From Desulfosudaceae bacterium (GTDB lineage Bacteria; Desulfobacterota; Desulfobacteria; Desulfobacterales; Desulfosudaceae), in assembly GCA_963674745.2 (NCBI GenBank), contig CAXXDV010000001.1:960001-1024000 (forward strand): a DNA stretch of 64,000 nucleotides, written 5' to 3'. A model generated the notes under the pieces. The model worked only from the letters and a program-made list of their open reading frames with translations. It was not told where the DNA came from and did no database searches. Positions 28,952 through 39,588 of the stretch are shown here, piece after piece. Every line of letters begins with the position of its first letter. Within the stretch, counting starts at the first letter, position 1. Position numbers and translations under genes: made by a program.

Positions 28952-30133
28952 TCACACCTGCAACATAGCATCGATGGCCAGATCTTCGCTGATGCCATCT
29001 TCAACCAGTCCCAGGCGGGCGTCGCGGAAAAATTTTTCCAGGGGAAACTCCCTGGCCAGACCATAACCGCCGAATATTTGAATGGCCTCACTGGTGACGT
29101 GAGAGGCGGTTTCCGCGGCCAGGCTTCTGGCAGCCACCGTATGCAGCCAAGTCTGGGACATGCCCTGTTGATCATGACCGGCAGCCAGCCGCTGCACAGC
29201 GGCACGGGCGGCCTCGGCCATCTTGAACATATTGAACAGCTGCAGCCGGATGTTGCGATGCTCAAAAATCGGAACACCACCCTGAACCCGTTTTTTGGCA
29301 TATGCCAGGGCTTCGTCCAGGGCGGCCCCGGCAAGGCCGGCATAAACCGCCGCCAGAAAACGGTTCAACCCGATCACAAAAGAAATATTGATGTCGTTCA
29401 GAGGGACGTCCTTTTCCGAAACAACACACTCACGGGGGACCCGGACATCGGCAAAGCGCAATGTGCCCCGGGGAAAAGACCGCTGACTGCTTACGGTCTC
29501 CGGGATTTCCCGGCTGATATTCGGGTCATCCAGGGGAATGACGGCCAGCCCCCGACTTTTAGATTGATCCCGGGACGCAAGGCTGACGTCAAAGGCCCCG
29601 TGAGTTGCAATAGCGGCATTCACGACCCCGGGCAATTGCCCGGAAATCAGATAGCCGTCGCCGTCTTCATGTGCCAAAAGCATATTGTCCAGGTTTTTTT
29701 GCCACGGGAAAATCGCCCGGCAGCCGATCATCGCCCCCTGCCGGTCCTCACAGAACTGACGGGCAAGGTCACCCATGGCCGGGGTATTAAGCTGAGCGGC
29801 CAGGCGGAAAGGCGCGGAAGCAGCCGTCAACCCGATGGCCAGGCCGGCATCGGCGTAGCCCAGGCGCTCGGCCGCCAGAACACCGGTAACCCCGTCCATT
29901 TGTCCAAAACCGCCGAGATCTTCTGAAATATCCACCAGATGCAGATCCAGTGCGCGAAAAGCGGCAAAAACACCCCACATGGGAGAGGTGTCGGCGAAAA
30001 CATCGGCCGGCGCGGAACAGGCATCCAGCTCGATGCCGGCAGGCCGCATAACCCCGGTGGTAAACTTTTCAAGCTCTTTTAATATGGCCCGGGAGGTTTC
30101 ATCAACCGGAATATCGATATTACGAAAAGACAT
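28952..30133 (-). CDS. Acyl-CoA dehydrogenase family protein (lacks TEP..GSD; retains RVQGG and QIFGGYG)
   Basis: ERLGYADAG, ALAYAKKRVQGGVPI, AIQIFGGYGLAREFPLEKFFRDAR. Confidence 0.88.
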   Translation of the reverse strand: MSFRNIDIPVDETSRAILKELEKFTTGVMRPAGIELDACSAPADVFADTSPMWGVFAAFRALDLHLVDISEDLGGFGQMDGVTGVLAAERLGYADAGLAIGLTAASAPFRLAAQLNTPAMGDLARQFCEDRQGAMIGCRAIFPWQKNLDNMLLAHEDGDGYLISGQLPGVVNAAIATHGAFDVSLASRDQSKSRGLAVIPLDDPNISREIPETVSSQRSFPRGTLRFADVRVPRECVVSEKDVPLNDINISFVIGLNRFLAAVYAGLAGAALDEALAYAKKRVQGGVPIFEHRNIRLQLFNMFKMAEAARAAVQRLAAGHDQQGMSQTWLHTVAARSLAAETASHVTSEAIQIFGGYGLAREFPLEKFFRDARLGLVEDGISEDLAIDAMLQV

Positions 30134-30176
30134 GGAGGCCTCCTTTTTCTAAACAGGCTGACGCCGTCTGCTGTGG

Positions 30177-31565
30177 TTATATGCTTTCGTATGTGGCCAG
30201 CGCCAGCCCGTCATTAACACCATCCTCGATCATTGAGGCGCGGGCATCGCGCAGCATTTTTTCAATCGGCCGTTGGGGAGAAAAGGCCTCGTCCCCGAAA
30301 ATCCTGACCGCTTCACCGGCCACATCATAAGCCGTTTCCGTGGCCGTGATCTTCGAGGCCACCCCGTATTTGCCCCACTCGGTGAGCTTGTGCGGTTTTT
30401 CGGGATTATCGAAACGCTCGGCCAGGTTCCTGACAAAAGCGTATTTTTCATATGCATTAAGATAAGCATGCAGGGATTTTCCAACCGTCCAGTAAGTGGC
30501 CTTAAAACGGTTCATGACAGATGAGACGGGCCCGGCGGACATGGCCAGAAAATGATCAGCCGCCTGGCGGGCCAGCAGACGGGACGCTTCCACCCGGGCG
30601 AACATGCGAAACATCCGGATCTTGATATCTTCCCGATCGGCCAGAAGAACGCCCTCGCGGCTGGTCGTACGGACAAAGTCCAATGACTCGTCCAGCACGG
30701 CCCAGGCCAAACCGGCAAAGGTGGCCCCCATGGTGCTGTTGGCCGCCCCGAGAAAGGCGTGTCCAAAGGGGTTGGCCCCGAACACGCCCGGAATATGAAT
30801 GAGCATATATTTTTCCGGCAGCTTGACCTCGTCGAAAATAATCTCTCCCTGGTTAAGCGCCCGCTGCCCAACCTTGTTCAACGGTTTTCCGCGGGAAATC
30901 CCGGGCAGATCCAGCGGACAGAGGGCGATGCCGGAACCGTGGACTCCCAGTGAATCATCCAGACCGACGTGCAGCACGGCATGGGTGGCAATGGTGCCAT
31001 TGCTGACCCAGGCGGCTTTCCAGCCGTTGACAATATATTCACTGCCTTTTTTAACAGCGGTCAGCCCCGGCGCCAGACGGGGATCCGAACCCGCCTTGCT
31101 GACCCCCATGATCCAGTCGGTGCCGTGGTCCGGCTCGGTAATGGCCCAGCAGCCGATCATTTCACCTCTGGTGTCTTCGGCGTAGTCCCGGGCCCAGTTT
31201 CGGATTTCAGCATGAGAGGACATCATCGCAAATGAAAACGGCATGCCCGATACCATCAGGCTGATGGCCAGTCCGCCATCGGCATAACCCAGTTGCTCGG
31301 CCAGCAGCGCCGTCGCCATGGACGGCAATTTACCCATGGTACCGCCAAAGGCAGCCGGCAGCATCAAGCGGTGCAAGCCGCGTTCACGAAACCCCCGGAA
31401 AACATCCCAGAGAACGGATTTCTCTTCGATCACATCGGCCGGATCATTCAGACGATCCAGTGCAATGCCCGCCGGGCGGGCGACCTCACGACCGAATTCC
31501 CGTGCCGTTTCCTGCAGGGCGGTCAGTTTCCGTCCCATTTTCACACCAAGATCAAGATACCCCAT
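30177..31565 (-). CDS. Acyl-CoA dehydrogenase family protein (retains AITEPDHGTD and WVSNG; C-terminal insertion)
   Basis: EQLGYADGG, CWAITEPDHGTD, KVGQRALNQGEIIFD, IEKMLRDARASMIEDG. Confidence 0.88.
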   Translation of the reverse strand: MGYLDLGVKMGRKLTALQETAREFGREVARPAGIALDRLNDPADVIEEKSVLWDVFRGFRERGLHRLMLPAAFGGTMGKLPSMATALLAEQLGYADGGLAISLMVSGMPFSFAMMSSHAEIRNWARDYAEDTRGEMIGCWAITEPDHGTDWIMGVSKAGSDPRLAPGLTAVKKGSEYIVNGWKAAWVSNGTIATHAVLHVGLDDSLGVHGSGIALCPLDLPGISRGKPLNKVGQRALNQGEIIFDEVKLPEKYMLIHIPGVFGANPFGHAFLGAANSTMGATFAGLAWAVLDESLDFVRTTSREGVLLADREDIKIRMFRMFARVEASRLLARQAADHFLAMSAGPVSSVMNRFKATYWTVGKSLHAYLNAYEKYAFVRNLAERFDNPEKPHKLTEWGKYGVASKITATETAYDVAGEAVRIFGDEAFSPQRPIEKMLRDARASMIEDGVNDGLALATYESI

Positions 31566-31688
31566 TAAAGCCCCCTTTCAAGCTCAAATCCGCCCAAAGC
31601 AACACTTTGGTAAAATTTTTCAGACGGATATCCGCAGCTTAACTTCACTTATCACCTCTTTAACCGGAAAAAACAGATAAATCCGGCA

Positions 31689-32273
31689 TTAATCTATCAG
31701 CACCAGGCCGCACAAATTGGCTGTCTTGTTTTCTCCGGTGCCGGCCAGCAGCAGCGTCCAGCCGGCGGTTTCAAAAAGCGCGGCTACGTCTATTCCGAAA
31801 CCCGACATGGACGGCCGGGCATGGTCCGGGAAGCGGCAGCGGCCATTTTCAGAAAGCGCCCGGCAGTTGTCATGGTCGTGGCAGAACAGCTCCCGACAGG
31901 AGCCGCCGGCATACCCCCTGGCCGATGAAAACCCGGCTTCAACCGCAGCCTGTTCAACGCCGGCGGCGATTTTATGAAGGCCTTGAAACGCCTGTCGTCG
32001 TTTATCGGAAAACAGATCCCGGGCCGGCACATCCATTCTGAAGACAACGGCCCGGTTAAACTTTTGCAGCCAACCGCGCATCCCGTCCGGCCCTGCCACA
32101 TGGGGCGGGCAATTTACCGACAGCCCGAAATTGGGGCAACCGGATCCCCGGCATTTGTCGGCCAGGCCGGCATCTATAACGATATCCCGGGTTGACAGGA
32201 CAACGGCCCGGACGGCGCCTGATGCAAGCGCGTATTCGATGATGGCATCCAGATTTTGATCCGGGCGCGGCAT
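31689..32273 (-). CDS. DUF2284 predicted metal-binding protein
   Basis: CRGSGCPNFG..NCPP, GGSC..FC, CRFP..ARPSMSGFGIDV. Confidence 0.88.
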   Translation of the reverse strand: MPRPDQNLDAIIEYALASGAVRAVVLSTRDIVIDAGLADKCRGSGCPNFGLSVNCPPHVAGPDGMRGWLQKFNRAVVFRMDVPARDLFSDKRRQAFQGLHKIAAGVEQAAVEAGFSSARGYAGGSCRELFCHDHDNCRALSENGRCRFPDHARPSMSGFGIDVAALFETAGWTLLLAGTGENKTANLCGLVLID

Positions 32274-32317
32274 CTGCCCTTTTTATCCTTTTTTATTCCA
32301 GCTGTCATAAAGTTGAT

Positions 32318-35300
32318 TCATGTCGACTGCTCGAGCACCTGGCGTACTTTTACCGCAATTTCCGTTAAAGAAAAAGGTTTCTGAATAAAATTGATGCCCT
32401 CTTCTAAAACACCCCGGTGAACAATGACATCAGCCGGGTAGCCGGACATGAAAAGATATTTGATGTCCGGGCGGACTTCTTGAACACGGGCCGCCAGATC
32501 CCGGCCGTTCATTTCCGGCATGATAACATCCGTAATCATCAGATCCAGGGTTGAACCGTGGGCCGCAACCAGATCGATCGCCTCACCGGGTGTGGCTGCG
32601 GAAATAACATTGTATCCCAATCGATGGAGCATGGTGATGCCCATTTGCCGAAACATGGGATCATCTTCCACCACCAGAATCGTTTCCCCCAGGCTGACCG
32701 GCACCTCGTCAACCGCTTCGGCCAAGGCAGGTTCGCCTTCGGCTGCATGACACGGAAAGTAAATCCGGAAAGTGGTTCCTTTCCCAGGTTCGCTGTAAAC
32801 ATTGATAAATCCGTCATTCTGTTTGACGATACCATAAACCGTAGCCAGCCCCAGGCCGGTGCCTTTACCCTGCTGTTTGGTTGTAAAAAAAGGATCAAAA
32901 ATACGGTCGATGGTCTCCCGGTCCATGCCCGTACCGTCATCGCTCACGGCCAGCATCATGTAGTGACCGGGAATAAAGCCGGAATGATTTTCGCAGTATG
33001 TTTTGTCAAAAGAGGCGGCCGCTGTTTCAATCGTAATTTCGCCCACATCCGCGATGGCATCCCTGGCATTGACGCACAGATTGGTCAACACCTGACTCAG
33101 CTGGGCCGGGTCCAGCTTTACAGAACATGGACCGTTCATGGGCTGCCAGGACAGCTGGATGTTTTCGCCCAGAAGCCGGCGAAGAATCTTGAGCATGGCC
33201 GTCACCGACTCATTGAGATCCAGCACCGTGGGGGCGATCGTCTGTTTGCGGGCGAAAGCCAGAAGCTGGCTGGTAAGTTCGATGGAATGACGGGCGGCTT
33301 CGCTGATGTTTTCGAGATACTGACGCTCCGGGCTGTCGTTATCCATGACCTGCAGGGCCAGTTCGGTGAAACCGATGATAGCCCCGAGCATGTTGTTAAA
33401 GTCGTGGGCCACACCGCCGGCCAGGACCCCCACCGCTTCCAGTTTTTGAGACTGAAGCAACTGTTCCTGCAGTTTTTCCCGCTCCTCTTCAGCCGACTTG
33501 CGGGCGGTAATATCAAAAAAGCTGGCTACGATAAAATCCCTTATCCGGCTGGTCGTAATGATGGTCGTCAGTTCCCGGCCGTCTTTGCAGGTTACTTTTA
33601 CTTCACCCAGGTTGACAGGCGCGCTGCTGGTTGAAATCCGGTCAAAAACCGCGTTCCAGTCGGCGATCATGCGGCGCCGGTGGTCCGGATCGGGATGCGC
33701 CCGGCGCCACCAGTCTTCCAGGGTGGGCACATCATCAAACGCGTACCCCAGGACCTTGGTAAACCGATCATTAACATCCAGAACCCTGCTATCCACGGAC
33801 AGCGTGGCCATGGGGATGGGGGCCATGTTAAAAAGGTCGCGAAAACGGACCTCGCTTTCTTTGAGTGCTCTCTGGGCTTTTTTCCGTTCGGTTACGTCCA
33901 GGGTGATGGAAAGGACCTGCTTTTCCCCGTCAATCCCCATCAACACCGATGAATAAACGATATCCCGTAACGAACCATCGGCTGCTTTAACCTGCGCCTC
34001 ACGGTTTTTGACAACCCCTTTTGTAATCAGGGTGTTTAATACTTCTTTTGCTTCTTCTTCCGACTCGGACGTAAAATCCTGCGTTTTCAAATTGACCAGC
34101 TGATCGCTGCTGATCTTCCGGCTTTCCAGAAACGCCCGATTGGCTGCCAGGTATTGGCCGTCTTCCAGGCTTGTAATGGCAATGGCATAAGGCGCGTTCT
34201 CAAAAATTGCCCGGAACCAGGACTCGCTTCGGGTAAGGCGTTCCTGATTCTGCTTCATGTTCTGGATGTTAATGTCCAGGCCGATGACACGGGATACCAT
34301 TCGCTTCTTATTCCATTCCACGGCCTGCCCTTTTGAGAGGACCCAGCACCAGCTGCCATCGGCTTTGAGAAGGCGGAACTCGACTTCAAACTGCCCCCGG
34401 CCACCGGCCGTGATATACCCCCTGAGCGCGTCTTCCAGGACGGATTGATCCCCGGTATGAACGAATGTTTTGAATTCATCCAGCGTTAAATTCCGGGCTT
34501 CGGCCGAATAACCCAGCATGGCATACCATTGGCTGCTCAAATAAGTTGTCCCCTGTATCGGGTAATATTCCCAGACGCCGGCATTAAGCGCCTCGGTCGC
34601 CAGCCGCAGCCGATCGGCCTGATCGACAATCTGCTGCTGCGCTTTCTTCAGGTTATCAATCTTTTCATCGAGCCGGCGCTTGAGAAGATAACTGATGATG
34701 ACCAGCCCGATTAAAAGCACCCCTACCATTCCGGAGCCCACCTTGATAGCCGTCCACGTTTCCGGGCTCAGCCAGGGGTTTACTTCGAGGGAAATCCATT
34801 TTTGATGTATGCTTTCCAGATCGTTTTCGGGGATGACGTCAACCGCTTTCTGGACAGCGCTGTAAAGCAGGGGATATTTGCGACTGATACCAATTGACCA
34901 TTCAAAGACGTAATCCGTGGTACCGGCTACGCACAGGTTGGAAACACCTTCCTGGCCGATAAAATAAGAGGCGACAGCCAGATTTTCCAAAAAGGCGTCC
35001 ACGTGCCGCAGCGAAACACTGTGCAGCCCTTCCGGAACATTTTCAACCGTCAACAATTCAAACCGGCCCCGGGACTTTTTTCTGGTGTAAGCTTCGGTTG
35101 CAAACCCGGAAACCACCGCCACTTTTTTACCGGCCAGATCGTCCAGCGTCATTTCATGGGATTCACCTCTACCGGTAATAATCACCACCGGTGCCGAGGC
35201 GTAAGGGGTGGTGAAAAAGGCAAATGCTTCCCTTTCCGGAGTGGCCACAATGGTCGGCGCGATGGCGCATTCGCCACTGGCCAGTGCCGCCAGATGCCGG

Positions 35301-35626
35301 TTCCAGTCCGGGCAGGGCTGCTTGATAAACGTGACACCCAGCAAATCCTCAACCCGGGCGATCACATCAGCACCCATCCCTGCAAATTCACCGGTTCCGG
35401 ATGAAAATTCAATGGGTGGAAATTCTGTATTGAAATAAAGGACCAGCTTATCCGGATTCTGCGTCAGCCAGGCCGCCTCCTCGGTCGTCAAATCAGGTAA
35501 GAGCGGTTTTTGGGCCAGTGTAATAAAGGACGAAAGAGAAAAACAGACGACCAGACTTAACAGAAAAATAATGGTTCTTTTTACAGTGCCGGGGAATTGT
35601 CGGGTATGCGTCAGGATCTGTTCCAT
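32318..35626 (-). CDS. Membrane hybrid histidine kinase (periplasmic solute-binding domain, 3 PAS, HisKA, HATPase, REC)
   Basis: [18 protein letters not shown] periplasmic domain; [35 protein letters not shown]. Confidence 0.93.
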   Translation of the reverse strand: MEQILTHTRQFPGTVKRTIIFLLSLVVCFSLSSFITLAQKPLLPDLTTEEAAWLTQNPDKLVLYFNTEFPPIEFSSGTGEFAGMGADVIARVEDLLGVTFIKQPCPDWNRHLAALASGECAIAPTIVATPEREAFAFFTTPYASAPVVIITGRGESHEMTLDDLAGKKVAVVSGFATEAYTRKKSRGRFELLTVENVPEGLHSVSLRHVDAFLENLAVASYFIGQEGVSNLCVAGTTDYVFEWSIGISRKYPLLYSAVQKAVDVIPENDLESIHQKWISLEVNPWLSPETWTAIKVGSGMVGVLLIGLVIISYLLKRRLDEKIDNLKKAQQQIVDQADRLRLATEALNAGVWEYYPIQGTTYLSSQWYAMLGYSAEARNLTLDEFKTFVHTGDQSVLEDALRGYITAGGRGQFEVEFRLLKADGSWCWVLSKGQAVEWNKKRMVSRVIGLDINIQNMKQNQERLTRSESWFRAIFENAPYAIAITSLEDGQYLAANRAFLESRKISSDQLVNLKTQDFTSESEEEAKEVLNTLITKGVVKNREAQVKAADGSLRDIVYSSVLMGIDGEKQVLSITLDVTERKKAQRALKESEVRFRDLFNMAPIPMATLSVDSRVLDVNDRFTKVLGYAFDDVPTLEDWWRRAHPDPDHRRRMIADWNAVFDRISTSSAPVNLGEVKVTCKDGRELTTIITTSRIRDFIVASFFDITARKSAEEEREKLQEQLLQSQKLEAVGVLAGGVAHDFNNMLGAIIGFTELALQVMDNDSPERQYLENISEAARHSIELTSQLLAFARKQTIAPTVLDLNESVTAMLKILRRLLGENIQLSWQPMNGPCSVKLDPAQLSQVLTNLCVNARDAIADVGEITIETAAASFDKTYCENHSGFIPGHYMMLAVSDDGTGMDRETIDRIFDPFFTTKQQGKGTGLGLATVYGIVKQNDGFINVYSEPGKGTTFRIYFPCHAAEGEPALAEAVDEVPVSLGETILVVEDDPMFRQMGITMLHRLGYNVISAATPGEAIDLVAAHGSTLDLMITDVIMPEMNGRDLAARVQEVRPDIKYLFMSGYPADVIVHRGVLEEGINFIQKPFSLTEIAVKVRQVLEQST

Positions 35627-35915
35627 TAAAATCCTTCCCGGTGGTAACTGGCCTGCAACGGATTATTCGGCGGGCAAAAGGCTGCGACCCGTTAATTTAT
35701 GCTGATCGTTTTTTAGAAAAAAGACGGCTTGGGCTTTTGAATCGTGGCGCAGCTTACCCAACCATTTAATTAACGAAAAACATTTAAAATTATTACAAAG
35801 ACACCCATTGCTGTCAATTGTTTTCTAGCCCGGCAAAGCGCTTTGGCAAACACCGTTTTGGGTCGATCAAGACGTGTTTTCGGATGTTTTCAACAAACGG
35901 ATTCAGCGTCATGTT

Positions 35916-36332
35916 TCATCCTTGCTTGTTTTCGTCCCCGAAAACAAAGTGAAATGGGATCGCGATCAGATCTCCGATGATGTAGCTGACCATGATGACA
36001 ATAACAAGCCCGGCATAATCGGGCAGTTTTCCGCTGACAACCAACGGCAGGATGACACCGATAACCCAGACGGTTTTATAAACAAACTGCATGCACAGCA
36101 CCGGCAAAAATTTCAGCGGGGCGCGCAGCCCGAATATCGACATGATACCGAAAGCGAACCAGATGCTGGCCGCAATGCCGAAAAAAATCGGATCCTGCTC
36201 TCCCATGCCGAACAGCCGTTGCGAAAGTCCCGGGGCGACAATCATTCCCGCACCGGAAAGGCCGGCCCCCAGAATTGTATAAATGTACATTCCTTTGATC
36301 CAGCCCATGCGGATCTTCTTTTCCTGAGCCAT
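35916..36332 (-). CDS. Small 4-TM membrane protein
   Basis: SD GGAGG; hydrophobic helices; PLKFLPVL..Q..YK motif. Confidence 0.75.
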   Translation of the reverse strand: MAQEKKIRMGWIKGMYIYTILGAGLSGAGMIVAPGLSQRLFGMGEQDPIFFGIAASIWFAFGIMSIFGLRAPLKFLPVLCMQFVYKTVWVIGVILPLVVSGKLPDYAGLVIVIMVSYIIGDLIAIPFHFVFGDENKQG

Positions 36333-36452
36333 CGTGCCTCCTTCATGTTTCCAATTGTTTTGGCCCTTATGATAACATCCGTCATTCCTTTTGAAAAACA
36401 GTCAGCGCTTCTGTAACCGCAGCCGCAACCCGCATAAAGGGTTTGCCTGATA

Positions 36453-37316
36453 TTACAATTCAGGCCGAAAGCCCTGAAAATAATCCTCAACAAGGTCCCT
36501 GGACGGAGCGACCGGTTTAACTTCGAGTACCTTTTCCGGGCAGACGGATACACATATCCCGCAGCCCAGGCATTGATCTGAAATCCTGACACCACCGTCT
36601 GCCACCTGGATGGCATCAATCGGACAGGTCGAAAGGCATTGACCGCAACCGCTGCACTGTCCGACAACCCGGGCCTGCCACCCCATGGACCGAAATCTCT
36701 GTTGGACATCGGGGGTCACTTTCCGTAAGTTCTGCAACGCAATACAGCAACAAGGGCAGCAAAAACAGATTTCCAGCCACTGATGGTGGTGTTCCTTTTT
36801 GATGCCCCAGATATAATTTTCCGCCTCGATCCACATGCCCATGCCCACCAGACCGGAACCGACCGCTTTTTCCAGATGCGCCAGGGCTTCTTCAACGCTC
36901 GCCTCCCGGGCCAGGCCGTTTTTTACCGTGGCAACGGCCCCGGCGCCGAGAAAAATACAGCCCAGGCTTTTATCATACGTTCGGCACTGGCGCCCTGTCC
37001 GGCACAGGCACTGGTCCATGATGGCGCGATAGCCCGAACACCTGATCGATTGCCGGATCACATCAATAGGCAGGACCACGTTTCCCATGGCCTTGTTATC
37101 GCTGAGAGAATGGTTCAGATCAAAACTATAGGCCTGGGTGAGGTTGCCGGGACGACCGTCCATCAACACGATCTTCTTCAGCACACCGCCGATCAAAGGC
37201 GTTTTTACAAAGTCAGCCGCAAGGCCCATAACCGCTGTAAAGCCCCTGGGGTACCAACCCCAGTTTGACCTGCTGGCGGCAAACCACTCTCGAAAAGGTT
37301 TATTAAATAAATTCAT
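36453..37316 (-). CDS. 4Fe-4S binding protein (CxCR...CxCCxCCC family)
   Basis: CLCR, CIFLG, EICFCCPCCC, CSGCGQCLSTCP, CLGCGICVSVCP. Confidence 0.88.
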   Translation of the reverse strand: MNLFNKPFREWFAASRSNWGWYPRGFTAVMGLAADFVKTPLIGGVLKKIVLMDGRPGNLTQAYSFDLNHSLSDNKAMGNVVLPIDVIRQSIRCSGYRAIMDQCLCRTGRQCRTYDKSLGCIFLGAGAVATVKNGLAREASVEEALAHLEKAVGSGLVGMGMWIEAENYIWGIKKEHHHQWLEICFCCPCCCIALQNLRKVTPDVQQRFRSMGWQARVVGQCSGCGQCLSTCPIDAIQVADGGVRISDQCLGCGICVSVCPEKVLEVKPVAPSRDLVEDYFQGFRPEL

Positions 37317-37541
37317 AATGATGTCCGTTCAGATCAATTATCCGGAATTAAAACAGCTCAATCAATCATATGGTTTTTAGACCGATCAGTCAACACTATA
37401 CATGAAAGGGGTTTTTATTGCCGATGATTGACAAAAAAAACTGTTTTGGTTATATTTTAAATTTGAGGTCTTTTTCATCCCTGTCAGACGTTCATTGCCC
37501 TGACAGTGTGTTCTTCCACAGTAGCGACAAGGAACCACTAT

Positions 37542-37922
37542 ATGCCCCCTGGCAAAACAGTAGACAAAGAAAGGCTGAACCAGCTTCTGGGCGATGTCCG
37601 TCGCCGACGCATGCAATCGGAAAAAGGGTATCGTGAACGGGCCTTGAAACTGTTTCCGCACATCTGTGCTCATTGCGGGCGGGAATTTTCAGGCCAGCGG
37701 CTGAAAGAGCTTACCGTTCACCACAAAGACCACAATCATGACAACAACCCGCCTGACGGCAGCAACTGGGAACTGCTCTGCCTTTATTGCCACGAAAATC
37801 AGCACGCCCGCCAGGCGGTCGCCGACGCCTACGACACGTCGACCGACAACCAGAAAGAAAAATCAACGTTAACGCATCAACCCTTTGCCGGGTTGAGCGC
37901 GTTGCTGCAAAAAAAAGAGTGA
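37542..37922 (+). CDS. yajD: YajD family HNH nuclease
   Basis: GYRERALKLFPHICAHCGREF..LKELTVHHKDHNHDNNPPDGSNWELLCLYCHENQH; SD AAGGA. Confidence 0.9.
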   Translation: MPPGKTVDKERLNQLLGDVRRRRMQSEKGYRERALKLFPHICAHCGREFSGQRLKELTVHHKDHNHDNNPPDGSNWELLCLYCHENQHARQAVADAYDTSTDNQKEKSTLTHQPFAGLSALLQKKE

Positions 37923-37959
37923 TTGCATTATAACGAAAGAACAATAAAAAGGAAAAAAA

Positions 37960-38301
37960 ATGAATCTCAAGGCCAAGCCCCACTTAGAGGAACAAAAGAA
38001 AACCACCCAGGAAAAGCTGGCGGCACGTATTGCAATGCTTAAAGAAAAAGGGGTCGATCCCCAAAAGGTGGTAAAAGACGCTTATATCCGTAAACTGCGC
38101 GCCGATATCCGCAAATCAGACGTTCGACTGAGCAGCATCGCCGACCTGGAAAAACTTAATGATCGGAAAATTCAGGAAAAACAGGAAAAAGCCGAAGCCA
38201 AAAAGCAGGCCCGGGAAGCCGGCAAAGCCAAGCCCGCCAAGGAGAAAGCCGCCAAACCGGCAAAGAAGGAAAAGAAGGAGAAGAAACCGAAGAAAGGCTA
38301 A
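37960..38301 (+). CDS. Lysine-rich coiled-coil hypothetical protein
   Basis: SD AAGGA; 113 aa, strongly basic C-terminal tail. Confidence 0.75.
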   Translation: MNLKAKPHLEEQKKTTQEKLAARIAMLKEKGVDPQKVVKDAYIRKLRADIRKSDVRLSSIADLEKLNDRKIQEKQEKAEAKKQAREAGKAKPAKEKAAKPAKKEKKEKKPKKG

Positions 38302-38328
38302 CGATCAGTAATATAATGGAGGTAAGGC

Positions 38329-39414
38329 ATGAGTGAAGACGTTTACCGTAAACTGCAACAGGCCCTGGACACCCTTCCCAACGGCTTTCCGGCCACAGAA
38401 GAGGGAACGGAAATCAGGTTGCTGGAAAAAATTTTCGAGCCGGACGAAGCCGAACTGTTCTGTGATCTACGGCTGACGTTTGAGACACCGGAAGAAATTT
38501 CAAAGCGGACCGGACGCCCCCTGGAAGGACTTGAAGACAAGCTGACCGAAATGTGGAGAAAAGGCCAGCTTTTTGGTGTCGATTTCGGTGCCACGAAAGT
38601 GTTTAAAATAATGCCCTGGGCCTTCGGTATTTATGAATTCCAGTTAAACCGCATGGATCGGGAGTTCTGTGAACTGTGTGAGGATTACATGCTGGCCTTC
38701 GGGGAGCAGTTTTTCAAAAGCCAGCCGCAGCTCATGCAGGTCGTGCCGGTGGAAAAGGAAATCCAGGCCAGCCATGAAGCCATACCTTCCCAGCAGGTCT
38801 CCAACATCATCGAAAAGGGCCTGTCCTTTGCCGTGGCCGACTGTATCTGCAAAAAAGAAAAACACATGCTCGACAAGGGCTGCGATAAGCCCCTTGAGGT
38901 CTGCATGGGAATTGCTCCGGTGCCCGGTGTTTTTGACAATTATCACTGGGGCCGCCCCATTTCAAAGGAAGAAGCCTACCAGGTCCTGGAAAAGGCCGAA
39001 GAGGCCGGCCTGGTGCATATGACATGGAACATGCAGGACGGTAATTTTTTCATCTGCAACTGCTGCGGCTGCTGCTGCGGCATCCTGCGCGGGATAAACG
39101 AACTGGGCGTGGACTCCTCGCTGGTGGTCAATTCCCATTTTTACGCCGAGATCGATCCGGATGAATGCGTGGCCTGTGGTGTGTGTGCCGACGAACGTTG
39201 CCAGGTCAATGCCATTGAAGAAGTCGATGATGCCTACCGGGTGGTGCCGGAAAAATGCATCGGCTGCGGACTCTGTATCTCAACCTGCCCGTCCGAGGCG
39301 ATTAAACTGGTCAAGCGACCGGCGGACCAGTGCCTGACGCCGCCGGTCAATGAAAACGCCTGGTATGACGAACGGGGTGAACGGCGGGGTGTGGATTTCA
39401 GCCAGTACAGATAA
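38329..39414 (+). CDS. 4Fe-4S dicluster protein with N-terminal winged-helix-like region
   Basis: LPNGFP, GIYEFQ, CICKK, ICNCCGCCCG, CVACGVCADERC, CIGCGLCISTCP; SD GGAGG. Confidence 0.9.
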   Translation: MSEDVYRKLQQALDTLPNGFPATEEGTEIRLLEKIFEPDEAELFCDLRLTFETPEEISKRTGRPLEGLEDKLTEMWRKGQLFGVDFGATKVFKIMPWAFGIYEFQLNRMDREFCELCEDYMLAFGEQFFKSQPQLMQVVPVEKEIQASHEAIPSQQVSNIIEKGLSFAVADCICKKEKHMLDKGCDKPLEVCMGIAPVPGVFDNYHWGRPISKEEAYQVLEKAEEAGLVHMTWNMQDGNFFICNCCGCCCGILRGINELGVDSSLVVNSHFYAEIDPDECVACGVCADERCQVNAIEEVDDAYRVVPEKCIGCGLCISTCPSEAIKLVKRPADQCLTPPVNENAWYDERGERRGVDFSQYR

Positions 39415-39482
39415 CGCCCTGATGATCGGGTTTTCCAACCAGCCCGGATGTTTGAAGTCCTAAGCGCGGGGCCAGAATTCAC

Positions 39483-39541
39483 GTAGGGGCACCCCCCTGT
39501 GGGTGCCCTTCATCAGGGCAGGCACGGGGGCCGGCCCCTAC
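39483..39541. repeat. GTAG-family REP doublet (REPIN-like)
   Basis: GTAGGGGCACCCCCCTGTGGGTGCCC (39483-39508) and inverted GTAGGGGCCGGCCCCCGTGCCTGCCC (39541-39516), between convergent genes. Confidence 0.75.
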
Positions 39542-39588
39542 AATTCATAAAAAATGCCAACCTCGGCGACTTGGCCACATTGATCTTT

